From contig JBMFMV010000035.1 of assembly GCA_049970495.1 (NCBI GenBank), positions 1 to 19,765 of the forward strand: 19,765 bases of DNA, written 5' to 3'. This document shows, piece by piece, positions 1 through 8,201 of this stretch. How positions within the stretch are numbered: position 1 is the stretch's first letter; every line of letters starts with the position of its first letter. The translations under genes and the position numbers were made by a program. The stretch is from a bacterium (GTDB lineage: Bacteria; DUMJ01). The notes below the pieces were generated by a model. The model saw only the letters and a program-made list of their open reading frames with translations. It ran no database searches and was not told where the DNA came from.

Positions 1-444
1 ATAATCATAGAGGATTATGCCCATCATCCTACAGAGATCAAAGCTTCATTAGAGGCTATTAGGATAATGGCTAGAGGCAAAAAAATTATTTTGGTATTTC
101 AACCTCATAGGTATAGTAGGACATACTATCTATACAAAGAAATGGCTAACTCTATATCTACTGCAGATTACATATTTCTTCTAGATATTTATCCTGCGTC
201 TGAAAGACCTATAGAAGGTGTAGATAGTAGACTAATCCTTAATGAACTGTTAGTACTAAACAGAAACAGTAAATGGATAAGAAGTAATGAAGAGTTAGAG
301 AATGAGTTAGAATTATTAGGTATAGATGGAAGTGTTATAGTCTTTATGGGAGCGGGGGATATAGATTGTATACGAAAACAGATAGTTTCAAGATTAAAGG
401 AGAAATTAGAAAAAATGAGCCAATTTCACGTTATCTTACGATAA
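1..444 (+). CDS. murC: UDP-N-acetylmuramate--L-alanine ligase, C-terminal part (5' truncated by window)
   Basis: Frame is open from base 1 (IIIEDYAHHPTEIKASL...). MurC motifs DYAHHP, FQPHRYSRT, IYPASE and MGAGDI are present. The ATG at 67 in the ORF track is internal. Confidence 0.95.
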   Translation: MIIEDYAHHPTEIKASLEAIRIMARGKKIILVFQPHRYSRTYYLYKEMANSISTADYIFLLDIYPASERPIEGVDSRLILNELLVLNRNSKWIRSNEELENELELLGIDGSVIVFMGAGDIDCIRKQIVSRLKEKLEKMSQFHVILR

Positions 445-1247
445 AAGCAGGGGGCAAAGTTAACTGGTTTATTGTACCTGAGTGTATAGATGATATCCTA
501 GAGGCGATTTCTTTTCTTACTAAAGAAGGTTATGACTGGTTTGTACTAGGAAATGGTTCTAAACTTTTAGTGTCTGATAAAGGTTTTAAAGGGGCTGTCA
601 TATATATGGGTAAATTAAAGCGTATCTCTCTACAAGGAGATACCATGATGGCAGAGAGTGGAGTCTCTATAGGAGAGTTGATTAAACTCTCTATGAGATA
701 TAATCTTTCTGGTTTAGAACCCCTAGTAGGTATACCAGGAAGTGTAGGTGGAGCGGTCGTTATGAATGCAGGAACTAAGTACGGTTCTATAGGGGATATT
801 GTAGATACTGTAGAATTTATAAATGATGAAGGAACTCTTATAGTCAAGAGTGAACCATGTTTTTTCTATAGAGGTAGCGAATTTAGAGGAAAGAAACTTG
901 TATTAACCAAAGTATCACTAAAGCTTAAAGAGTCTTGTTTAGATAAAATAAAGGAAGGATTGACCTCCGCCGCTTTATTGAGAAAGACACAACCTAAATA
1001 TCCCAGGCAGTTTGGTTCAGTCTTTAAGAATCCACCCGGAATGAGCGCGGGAAAACTGATAGAAGAAGCAGGTTTCAAAGGTTTTGTCTACAAAAATGTT
1101 CAGGTCTCTACAATTCATGCTAATTTTATCCTTAATTTCGGTAATAGTGCAGATGATATATACTACGTTATAAGGAACATACAAGAAAGAGTGTATAAAC
1201 TCTTTGGTATAAAACTAGAACCGGAGGTAAATATAATTGGGTTCTAG
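366..1247 (+). CDS. murB: UDP-N-acetylenolpyruvoylglucosamine reductase
   Basis: Motifs NEP...GG, LGNGSKLLVSD, GIPGSVGGAVVMNAG, YRGS, GSVFKNP, HANF and LEPEV. TTG start with GGGGGA at 354-359 upstream. Follows murC. Confidence 0.95.
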   Translation: MYTKTDSFKIKGEIRKNEPISRYLTIKAGGKVNWFIVPECIDDILEAISFLTKEGYDWFVLGNGSKLLVSDKGFKGAVIYMGKLKRISLQGDTMMAESGVSIGELIKLSMRYNLSGLEPLVGIPGSVGGAVVMNAGTKYGSIGDIVDTVEFINDEGTLIVKSEPCFFYRGSEFRGKKLVLTKVSLKLKESCLDKIKEGLTSAALLRKTQPKYPRQFGSVFKNPPGMSAGKLIEEAGFKGFVYKNVQVSTIHANFILNFGNSADDIYYVIRNIQERVYKLFGIKLEPEVNIIGF

Positions 1248-1686
1248 ATATGAGATAATTATATGGTTTCTGACATTTACCATAGTTACAGGTGGAATAT
1301 GGGGACTAAATAGCTTAAAGGAAGCAAAAGGGATAGATAATAAATCTTTTAATTTTAAAGAGGATTCTTACATATATCTAGATAAACTTCTAGTGTATCC
1401 GAAATCGAAGAAGAGTATAGTTATCTCTATTCTAAAGAGGGAACTACCGATAGTAAAGTTTCCTTTATTGAAGCAAATAGAGATAAAAGATAATGAAGTT
1501 TATGCTATACTTTATAATGATATATTATGCAGACTAGGAAATTTTGAAAATCTAGATAAGAAGTTAGATTTGGTATTAGAGGTAATAGACGCTACGAAAA
1601 AACAAGGTATAAATCTTAAAGAGATTGATGTAAGGAGTTTAAAATTCCCTACTGTAATAGAGGGTAAAGTAAAAGATAATGAATAG
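1237..1686 (+). CDS. Short FtsQ/DivIB-like cell division membrane protein (149 aa; apparently only TM helix plus C-terminal beta-domain portion)
   Basis: TTG start with GGAGGT at 1223-1228. One N-terminal hydrophobic helix. The C-terminus LG...KKL..V...I..IDVR...P resembles the FtsQ/DivIB end (IDLR-like motif). Occupies the divIB position between murB and DUF881/sbp/ftsA. Confidence 0.6.
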   Translation: MGSRYEIIIWFLTFTIVTGGIWGLNSLKEAKGIDNKSFNFKEDSYIYLDKLLVYPKSKKSIVISILKRELPIVKFPLLKQIEIKDNEVYAILYNDILCRLGNFENLDKKLDLVLEVIDATKKQGINLKEIDVRSLKFPTVIEGKVKDNE

Positions 1687-2401
1687 CAAGACTATTTGGG
1701 CATTATCTATAGTGTGCTTTATAATAGGACTTTTATCTGTTACTCAGATAAGATTTTATGAGACCCCTAAGTACACACTTTTTAGTATGAGAAATGAACA
1801 ACTCATAGACTTACTAGAAAAACTCGAATCTCAAAGGAACGATTTAATTCAAGAAATAACTATCCTTAGGGAACAAATCAGACAGTACGAAGAATCCTCA
1901 GCTAGAGAAAAGACTGTCTTAGAGGGTATGTTAAAGGAACTTAATAGGGTAAAGTTATGGGCTGGCCTATTACCAGTTAAAGGTCCTGGCGTTATCATAA
2001 CCTTAGATGATAGTAAAAGGAAGATAAAGGTAGGAGAAAATCCAGAGAACTATATAATTCATGATTATGACCTGAGGGAGATTGTAAATGAGCTATGGAG
2101 CTCAGGTGCAGAGGCTATAGTGATAAACAATCAGAGAATAGTAGTTACTAGCGAAATAAGGTGTGTAGGAACTACTATATTAGTAAATGGGGTAAGATTG
2201 GCTCCCCCATATATAGTAAAAGCTATTGGTGATGCTAATTCACTTATGAGTGCACTTAATATGCCTGGAGGAATTATCTCAGCATTAACATACATATCTA
2301 AAGAATATGGTATTATGTTAAAGATAGAGAAGAGTGATTTGATAGAGCTTCCTCCTTACGAAGGAAGCATTTCATTAAGATATGCTCAGGTGAAAGAATG
2401 A
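1679..2401 (+). CDS. DUF881 family protein (YlxW/YlxX-like): TM helix, coiled coil, extracytoplasmic domain
   Basis: Motifs AGLLPVKGPGVIITLDD, IHDYDLREIVNELWSSGAEAIVINNQRI and PPYIVKAIGD. dcw position next to sbp. Confidence 0.92.
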   Translation: MNSKTIWALSIVCFIIGLLSVTQIRFYETPKYTLFSMRNEQLIDLLEKLESQRNDLIQEITILREQIRQYEESSAREKTVLEGMLKELNRVKLWAGLLPVKGPGVIITLDDSKRKIKVGENPENYIIHDYDLREIVNELWSSGAEAIVINNQRIVVTSEIRCVGTTILVNGVRLAPPYIVKAIGDANSLMSALNMPGGIISALTYISKEYGIMLKIEKSDLIELPPYEGSISLRYAQVKE

Positions 2402-2769
2402 CTAAGGCTTTAATACCTGTGATTGCTCTACTGATAGGTATTGTGATAGGAATCTTTCTTCCTATTCAGGTTATACCATTCTATGCTCGGTATATTGCAA
2501 TAGTAATATTAGTAGCGCTAGATACTATATTTGGGGGTATAAGAACTATTCTTGAATCCACATTTGATGCTACAGTGTTTTTATCTGGCTTCTTTGTAAA
2601 TTCTCTTTTGGGAGTTATACTGATATCTATGGGTGATAGACTTGGAGTCGATTTGTATCTTGCTGCCATTGTTGCCTTCGGGGTGAGAATATTCCAGAAT
2701 TTAGCAGTGATAAGAAGATATATAATAAGAAAGCTATCATTAAAATCAAAAGAGGTCAAAGGTGGGTAA
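2398..2769 (+). CDS. sbp: Small basic protein, DUF1290 family (membrane protein)
   Basis: Y.AI.ILVALDTIFGGIR, F...F.SGFF.N, GDRLGVDLYLAAIVAFGVRIFQNLAVIRR. ATGA overlap with the DUF881 gene. Confidence 0.92.
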   Translation: MTKALIPVIALLIGIVIGIFLPIQVIPFYARYIAIVILVALDTIFGGIRTILESTFDATVFLSGFFVNSLLGVILISMGDRLGVDLYLAAIVAFGVRIFQNLAVIRRYIIRKLSLKSKEVKGG

Positions 2770-4015
2770 AGAGAGACTTGTTTCTGTCTTAGATATAGGG
2801 ACAACGAAAATCTGTGTATTAGTTGCTCAGATGGAACCTAAAGGATATCAAATAGTGGGTTATGATATTACTCCTTCATCTGGGATGAAAAAAGGTGCTG
2901 TAACTGATCTTACCAAGTTATCAGAATCTATAACGAATGCAGTAAAAAATGCGGAAAAGATGTGCAAGGCTAAGTTGAGAGAAGTAAGTATAGGAGTAAC
3001 AGGAGACCATATATTTACAGTTGTAAGTAGGGGCGAAGTAGAGATATCTAATAGAGATGGAATAATAACCGAATATGATGTTAAGAGTGCCATAAAAAAT
3101 GCATCTAACTGTAAGTTACCATCAGATAGAATTATACTCCATTCTATTCCAAGATCTTTTGTAGTTGATGGGATAAAAGAGATAGAGAATCCAATTGGTA
3201 TGAAGGGGAAAAAATTAAGTGTCGATACTACCATAATTGTAGGAAATGTATCTCATATCCAAAATCTAGTAAAGGCCACAGAAAATGCTGGACTAAAGGT
3301 TAAGGATATTATTTTACAACCTTACGCCTCAGGCAAGGCTACTCTTACCAAAGAAGAGATGAAAGATGGCGTATGCCTTATAGATATAGGAGGTGGGACT
3401 ACTGATGTTGCTATATTCAAGAATGGCTCTCTATACTTTAGCTTTGTGGTTCCAGCGGGTGGAAATCATATCACAAATGACCTCTCCATCCTTCTTAAAC
3501 TACCATTTGATACCGCAGAATTTGTCAAGGTTGAATATGGTGGCTGTGATCTTTTAAAAGTAGACAAGAGAGAGACAATTAGAGTAAGATTTAAGGGATT
3601 AGAACGAGATCTTTCTAAAGAGACCATTTTTGAAATAATAGAAGCCAGAGTAGAAGATATATTTAACATTGTAAACGCTAATCTTTATAACTTGAACCTA
3701 AGTTATCTAATACCTTCTGGAGTAGTACTTACCGGAGGTTCTGCACTTCTTAAAGATATAAGCTCAGTAGCAGAGCGAGTCTTTGAAAGTCCAGTAAGAA
3801 TAGGATATCCTAGAACTGTAGAAGACATTTGGGAGACTCTTAGAAATCCTATATATGGAACTGCTTTAGGGATGTTAGAGTTAGTAGCTTCAAATAAAAA
3901 TAGAGAAGATATGATAAGCGAGAAAAATCTTTTTAAACATATCTCGTTCAAAATTAGAGAGTGGTTTCTAGGGCTTATAGAAGAAAAGGAGGAAAGCAGT
4001 GAGCGATATGAGTAA
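2762..4015 (+). CDS. ftsA: Cell division protein FtsA
   Basis: Actin-fold motifs [15 protein letters not shown] and [12 protein letters not shown]-terminal amphipathic helix [16 protein letters not shown] start with GAGG upstream. Precedes ftsZ. Confidence 0.97.
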   Translation: MGKERLVSVLDIGTTKICVLVAQMEPKGYQIVGYDITPSSGMKKGAVTDLTKLSESITNAVKNAEKMCKAKLREVSIGVTGDHIFTVVSRGEVEISNRDGIITEYDVKSAIKNASNCKLPSDRIILHSIPRSFVVDGIKEIENPIGMKGKKLSVDTTIIVGNVSHIQNLVKATENAGLKVKDIILQPYASGKATLTKEEMKDGVCLIDIGGGTTDVAIFKNGSLYFSFVVPAGGNHITNDLSILLKLPFDTAEFVKVEYGGCDLLKVDKRETIRVRFKGLERDLSKETIFEIIEARVEDIFNIVNANLYNLNLSYLIPSGVVLTGGSALLKDISSVAERVFESPVRIGYPRTVEDIWETLRNPIYGTALGMLELVASNKNREDMISEKNLFKHISFKIREWFLGLIEEKEESSERYE

Positions 4016-5063
4016 TCCTGCTAAAATAAAGGTTATAGGTGTTGGTGGAGGGGGGGTAAATGCGGTAGATAGAATAATAGAGTCTGATCTTAAGGGGGTA
4101 GAGTTTATTGCGGTAAATACAGATCTACAAGTATTAAACCGTTCTAAGGCAGAGAGGAAGATTCAGATAGGAGCGGAACTTACAAAGGGATTAGGCGCTG
4201 GAGCTGACCCTGAGATCGGGAGACAAGCTGCAGAAGAAAGTAAAGAGGACATAATGTTAGCTATAGAAGGGGCTAATATGGTATTTATTACTGCTGGTAT
4301 GGGTGGAGGAACTGGAAGTGGAGCTTCTCCGGTTATTGCACAGCTTTCTAAAGAGGCTAAGATACTTACAGTAGCTATAGTTACTAAGCCTTTTTCCTTT
4401 GAAGGAAAACGAAGGATGCTAGTTGCAGAGAAAGCTATAGAAGAATTGAGGAGTAAAGTAGATGCGCTTATTGTAATTCCCAATGACAAACTTCTATCTA
4501 TAAGTACTAAAACTACCACTATGATAGAGGCATTTAAGATGGCAGACGAAGTGCTTAAAGCTGGAATTCAAGGGATAGTAGATATTATTGTAACTCCAGG
4601 TATCATAAATCCTGATTTTGCCGATGTGAGGACAATTATGCAAGATTCTGGGTCTGCTGTGATGGGGATTGGAGAAGCTTCCGGAGAACAAAGAGCAGTG
4701 GAAGCTGCTTCTAAGGCTATATCAAACCCTCTTATTGAGGACAAGATTGATGGAGCAAAAGGAGTCCTCTTTAATGTCACTGGTGGTCCAGACCTCACCC
4801 TTACAGAGGTTTATGAAGCGGCGGAAGTAATATCCAAAGTTGCAGATAGTGATGCCAATATAAAGTTTGGTGCAGTTATAGATGAGAAGATGGAGGGGAA
4901 GATAAAAGTGACAGTAATAGCTACCGGTTTTGATTCTAAAGCTAGGAGAATACTTAAGAAAGAAGGGATAGAATTTACTAGATTTAATATAGACGAGATT
5001 GACGTTCCCTCTTTTATAAGAAAAAGTGACATATATTCTAGAAGAGAAAACATAAAGGGGTAG
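3999..5063 (+). CDS. ftsZ: Cell division protein FtsZ
   Basis: GVGGGG.NAV, tubulin signature [11 protein letters not shown]7 loop NPDFADV, C-terminal peptide [14 protein letters not shown] start 6 nt after AGGAGG (3987-3992). Confidence 0.99.
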   Translation: MSDMSNPAKIKVIGVGGGGVNAVDRIIESDLKGVEFIAVNTDLQVLNRSKAERKIQIGAELTKGLGAGADPEIGRQAAEESKEDIMLAIEGANMVFITAGMGGGTGSGASPVIAQLSKEAKILTVAIVTKPFSFEGKRRMLVAEKAIEELRSKVDALIVIPNDKLLSISTKTTTMIEAFKMADEVLKAGIQGIVDIIVTPGIINPDFADVRTIMQDSGSAVMGIGEASGEQRAVEAASKAISNPLIEDKIDGAKGVLFNVTGGPDLTLTEVYEAAEVISKVADSDANIKFGAVIDEKMEGKIKVTVIATGFDSKARRILKKEGIEFTRFNIDEIDVPSFIRKSDIYSRRENIKG

Positions 5064-6575
5064 ATAGTTAGTACGTCTATAGGCTGGGAATATAAGAAAT
5101 ATCTAGAGGAGATAAGAGAAAGAGAGGATGGTCTAAAACCCAAAATAAAGGAATATTCGTTCGGATTAGTATATCCCAACTCTTATAGAGTTGGGATGTC
5201 AAGTTTAGCTATTCATTTACTCTATAGACTCATTAATGATCATCCCTATTTTTCGTGTAGTAGAATCTTCTTACCTCAAGATAATCTTCCCCCTCTATCT
5301 ATAGAGCAATTAAAGCCTATAGAAGAACATGATATTGTAGGTTTTTCTATTTCCTATGAATTAGATTATTTTAATGTGCTAGAGATACTTAAGAGGTCTT
5401 CTATCCCTATATCTTCTGCTAAAAGAGATTTATCTCACCCTTTAATAATAGGAGGAGGCATCTGTCTGACTTACAACCCTGAGCCCTTAGCAGATGCCTT
5501 TGACCTTATATTGATAGGAGAGGCAGAAGAAGCTATAAAAGAGGTTCTTGATAGATATGTTGAAGTGATAGATTCTGTAAAGTCAAGGGAAGATCTCCTA
5601 TTATCTTTTAGAGATATAGAAGGCATATATATACCTAGGTTCTACAGGGATGGTAAGCCTATATTAGAAGGTCTGCCGATAGAGATAAAAAGGAGAGTCT
5701 TTAGGAATTTCGATAGGGAAACCGCTTATACTTGTGTAAAAACTATAGACACAATATTTGGTGATATGTTTCTTATAGAAATAGAGAGGGGATGCCCTAT
5801 GATGTGTAAATTTTGTGTTGCAGGTAACATATATCTTCCCTGTAGAATTAAGTCTATAGATACTGTAAAGAGAATTATTACTCAACATGAAAGCATCTAT
5901 TCCAAGGTTGGACTTATGGGACCCTTAGTTGGTGGTATTCACTACATAAAAGACCTACTCAAATGGTTAATAGATAGAGGACTAAAGGTAAGCATCGCCT
6001 CTCTAAGGGTATCAACTTTAGATAGAGAATTCCTTGAGCTTCTAAAATTAGCAGGGGAAACATCTATAACTATTGCCCCTGAGTTTATAAACGAAGATAT
6101 AAGAGCCTCTTTAGGTAAGAAGGAAAGTAGCGAGAAGATATTAGAAGCATTAGAGACCTCCTTTAAGGTAGGCTTTAAAAGGGCAAAACTCTATATGATC
6201 TTTGGTTATGGAGATTATGAGCTAGAGATTAAATCATTGGAAGACTTTAAAAGGCGACTAGATAGGCTATTAAAAGATTATAAAGCTTATATATCCTTTA
6301 ACTTTCAACCACTAATCCCCAAACCCTTTACTCCGCTTGAGTCCTATAATTCTTTTGATAAAAAAGCTTTAGAAGGGCAAAAGAGAAAAATAATAGAAGT
6401 ACTAAAGGGAGAAAGATTTAAAGTTAATATAGCTAGTATTAGAGAATCTCTATTAGAGATAGCTCTTTCTAGAGGCGATAGAAAGTTATTCCCTTTAATT
6501 TTATGTAAGGACTTAAAAGGAATAATGAAGATGGCGTTTATACCTTTTAGTCCTATAAGGTTTATTCGGACATGA
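5064..6575 (+). CDS. Radical SAM protein, TIGR03960-like family (B12-binding-like N-terminal region); start uncertain, probably near 5064 rather than ATG 5196
   Basis: CxxxCxxC motif EIERGCPMMCKFC (5793-5816), GFSISYELDY, GGI...NPEPLADAFD, IGEAE, ITIAPE, PKPFTP. The family N-terminal motif LVYPNSYRVGMSSL begins upstream of the ATG at 5196, and the frame is open back to 5064. Confidence 0.85.
   Translation: MVSTSIGWEYKKYLEEIREREDGLKPKIKEYSFGLVYPNSYRVGMSSLAIHLLYRLINDHPYFSCSRIFLPQDNLPPLSIEQLKPIEEHDIVGFSISYELDYFNVLEILKRSSIPISSAKRDLSHPLIIGGGICLTYNPEPLADAFDLILIGEAEEAIKEVLDRYVEVIDSVKSREDLLLSFRDIEGIYIPRFYRDGKPILEGLPIEIKRRVFRNFDRETAYTCVKTIDTIFGDMFLIEIERGCPMMCKFCVAGNIYLPCRIKSIDTVKRIITQHESIYSKVGLMGPLVGGIHYIKDLLKWLIDRGLKVSIASLRVSTLDREFLELLKLAGETSITIAPEFINEDIRASLGKKESSEKILEALETSFKVGFKRAKLYMIFGYGDYELEIKSLEDFKRRLDRLLKDYKAYISFNFQPLIPKPFTPLESYNSFDKKALEGQKRKIIEVLKGERFKVNIASIRESLLEIALSRGDRKLFPLILCKDLKGIMKMAFIPFSPIRFIRT
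5171..5199. repeat. Inverted repeat/hairpin: ATCCCAACTCT-TAT-AGAGTTGGGAT (11-bp perfect stem, extendable by a U-G and an A-U pair)
   Basis: 5173-5183 is the exact reverse complement of 5187-5197, with a 3-nt loop at 5184-5186. The stem covers the ATG at 5196. Function unknown. Confidence 0.8.
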
Positions 6576-7747
6576 AAAGGTTATATAGGGATATATTGAC
6601 TAAAGTCTTTATAGGAATAGTAGTCTACATATGTTTTGTTCAACCCAATTTATGGAAGTATACTCTAAAGACTTTATCCCCTACTTACTCAGCTATAGAG
6701 AGAACTGTTAAAGCCCGTGGAATAATCCTTTATAGAGAAGAGACTATAAATAGTCCAGTTAGTGGTATAGTGCTAAAATTAAAGAAAGACTCTACTAGAG
6801 TATCAAAGGGAGAGATTGTAGCTGCTATCTTTCCCACCGCTGAAGACTACAATATCTATATGAAAGAGGTAAATAGTATAATAAGTTATTATGATAATAT
6901 GATAAAGGAGAAAAATGACCTAATAAAAAGTAAAAAAGATGAGATAGAGAAAATCTATCTCGAGTTGACTAAAAAAAGTAATATTCTTAATAGCTTACTT
7001 GAAAATAAGCATAATATTACTGAGGTATTAGGTGATATCAGTAAACTAAATGCTCGAATTGACTTGCTAAAAAAAGAGATAGAAAAGTCAAAGTTAGAGA
7101 TGGAGAATTTGAAAAGGGAAAAGGATCAGAGGATTGATGATTTAAAGCAGAAGATTATATCATATAACACTGCCATAGCAACACAAAATTCAGGCATAAT
7201 CTCTTTTAGTATAGACAATAGAGAGAATATAAGAAACTCTCTATTAGAGAAAGGAATCAATAGTACTAATCTACAGTTAGATTCGCTGATAGAGGAACCG
7301 AGAATCATATCTGATGGAGACCCTATTAAAAAGGGAGAAATTATAGCTAAAGTTATAGATAACTTAGAACAATTTGTTCTGCTTGATGTAACCCTTGATG
7401 GAAAGTCTCCTATTGTACACAATGAGTTTAGTATAAACATAGACGGAAAAGAAATCAATATTGAATTACTAAAATGGGTAAGTAAATATCCTAAAGAGCT
7501 ATGGCTATGCAAGATAAAAAGCCCATATTACATAGGTCCTAGGTGTCTGAATCTAGATATAAAAATAGGGACCATAGAAGGACTAGTAATACCTAGAAGT
7601 CTAATCAAAAGTGAAGGAGAAAGATATTTTGTCTATGTATTGGGTAATAACTCTATAGAAAAAAGATTTATTGAAGTCCTAGGAGGGAATCAAATAGAAG
7701 CGGTTGTCAGCAATTTAAATAGAGATGAAGTTTTATTAGCAGATTAA
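6572..7747 (+). CDS. HlyD/membrane-fusion-protein (periplasmic adaptor)-like protein
   Basis: N-terminal TM helix. Split lipoyl-like halves (INSPVSGIV...RVSKGEIVA and IATQNSGIISF...GDPIKKGEIIAKVIDN) flank a long K/E-rich coiled coil. C-terminal GLVIPRS...VYV...IEVLG membrane-proximal domain. ATGA overlap with the radical SAM gene. Confidence 0.75.
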   Translation: MKRLYRDILTKVFIGIVVYICFVQPNLWKYTLKTLSPTYSAIERTVKARGIILYREETINSPVSGIVLKLKKDSTRVSKGEIVAAIFPTAEDYNIYMKEVNSIISYYDNMIKEKNDLIKSKKDEIEKIYLELTKKSNILNSLLENKHNITEVLGDISKLNARIDLLKKEIEKSKLEMENLKREKDQRIDDLKQKIISYNTAIATQNSGIISFSIDNRENIRNSLLEKGINSTNLQLDSLIEEPRIISDGDPIKKGEIIAKVIDNLEQFVLLDVTLDGKSPIVHNEFSINIDGKEINIELLKWVSKYPKELWLCKIKSPYYIGPRCLNLDIKIGTIEGLVIPRSLIKSEGERYFVYVLGNNSIEKRFIEVLGGNQIEAVVSNLNRDEVLLAD

Positions 7748-7751
7748 AAGA

Positions 7752-7760
7752 TGTTATAAT
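7752..7760 (+). promoter_or_regulatory. Putative extended -10 sigma70/sigmaA promoter for sepF (TGtTATAAT)
   Basis: Perfect TGnTATAAT in the 64-nt intergenic gap 7748-7811, upstream of SD AGGAGG (7802-7807). The -35 match is poor (TTTATT at 7732-7737). Confidence 0.6.
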
Positions 7761-7811
7761 CTTTAATAAAGGGATATTTTTTGTTTTATTTACTCTGTAT
7801 TAGGAGGGAAT

Positions 7812-8201
7812 ATGTCTAAAATAGGAAATTTTTTTAAAAGGATATTTGGACTTGTAGATGAAGAAGAGAATCTATGGACAGAGGGGAATATTACACCCAT
7901 TAAGAATCGCGAAACTGTAACTGTATTTATATATGGATTAAACAATTATGATGAAGTTAGAAGGGTTATCGATGAGATAAAGACAGGAAAGATTGTAGTT
8001 GTTAACTTTGAGTCTGCTGATAAAAGTGAAGCAGTTAGAGCTTTAGACTTCGTAAGTGGAGCTATATATGCTTTAGAGGGAAGTTTGGAAAAGGTAGGAG
8101 ATTACGTATTCTTAGCGGCACCAAGAGGAGTAGAAGTTGAAGAAGATGTGCCTAGACAGACGATTTATCCACCAAATCATCCGCAGAAGAATATGCTATA
8201 A
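7812..8201 (+). CDS. sepF: Cell division protein SepF
   Basis: N-terminal amphipathic helix MSKIGNFFKRIFGL. Core K.GKIVVVNFE...A.RALDFVSGAIYALEG...KV...VFL.AP..VEV. Strong SD. Confidence 0.95.
   Translation: MSKIGNFFKRIFGLVDEEENLWTEGNITPIKNRETVTVFIYGLNNYDEVRRVIDEIKTGKIVVVNFESADKSEAVRALDFVSGAIYALEGSLEKVGDYVFLAAPRGVEVEEDVPRQTIYPPNHPQKNML

Noticed and set aside
5128..5136. Mini-ORF ATG GTC TAA preceded by a purine-rich run
   Set aside because: It is two codons long and out of frame, and the purine run is explained by the EEIRERE codons. There is no independent support, though initiation profiling would reveal it.
5196..5198. ATG 5196 as start of the radical SAM gene (ORF track)
   Set aside because: It falls inside the conserved YPNxYxxGMS motif and inside a hairpin stem, and coding-like sequence continues upstream.
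7759..7791. Possible intrinsic terminator before sepF (weak stem followed by T-rich run)
   Set aside because: The stem is only about 6 bp with two G-U pairs and a single G-C pair, and it overlaps the putative promoter; too weak to call.
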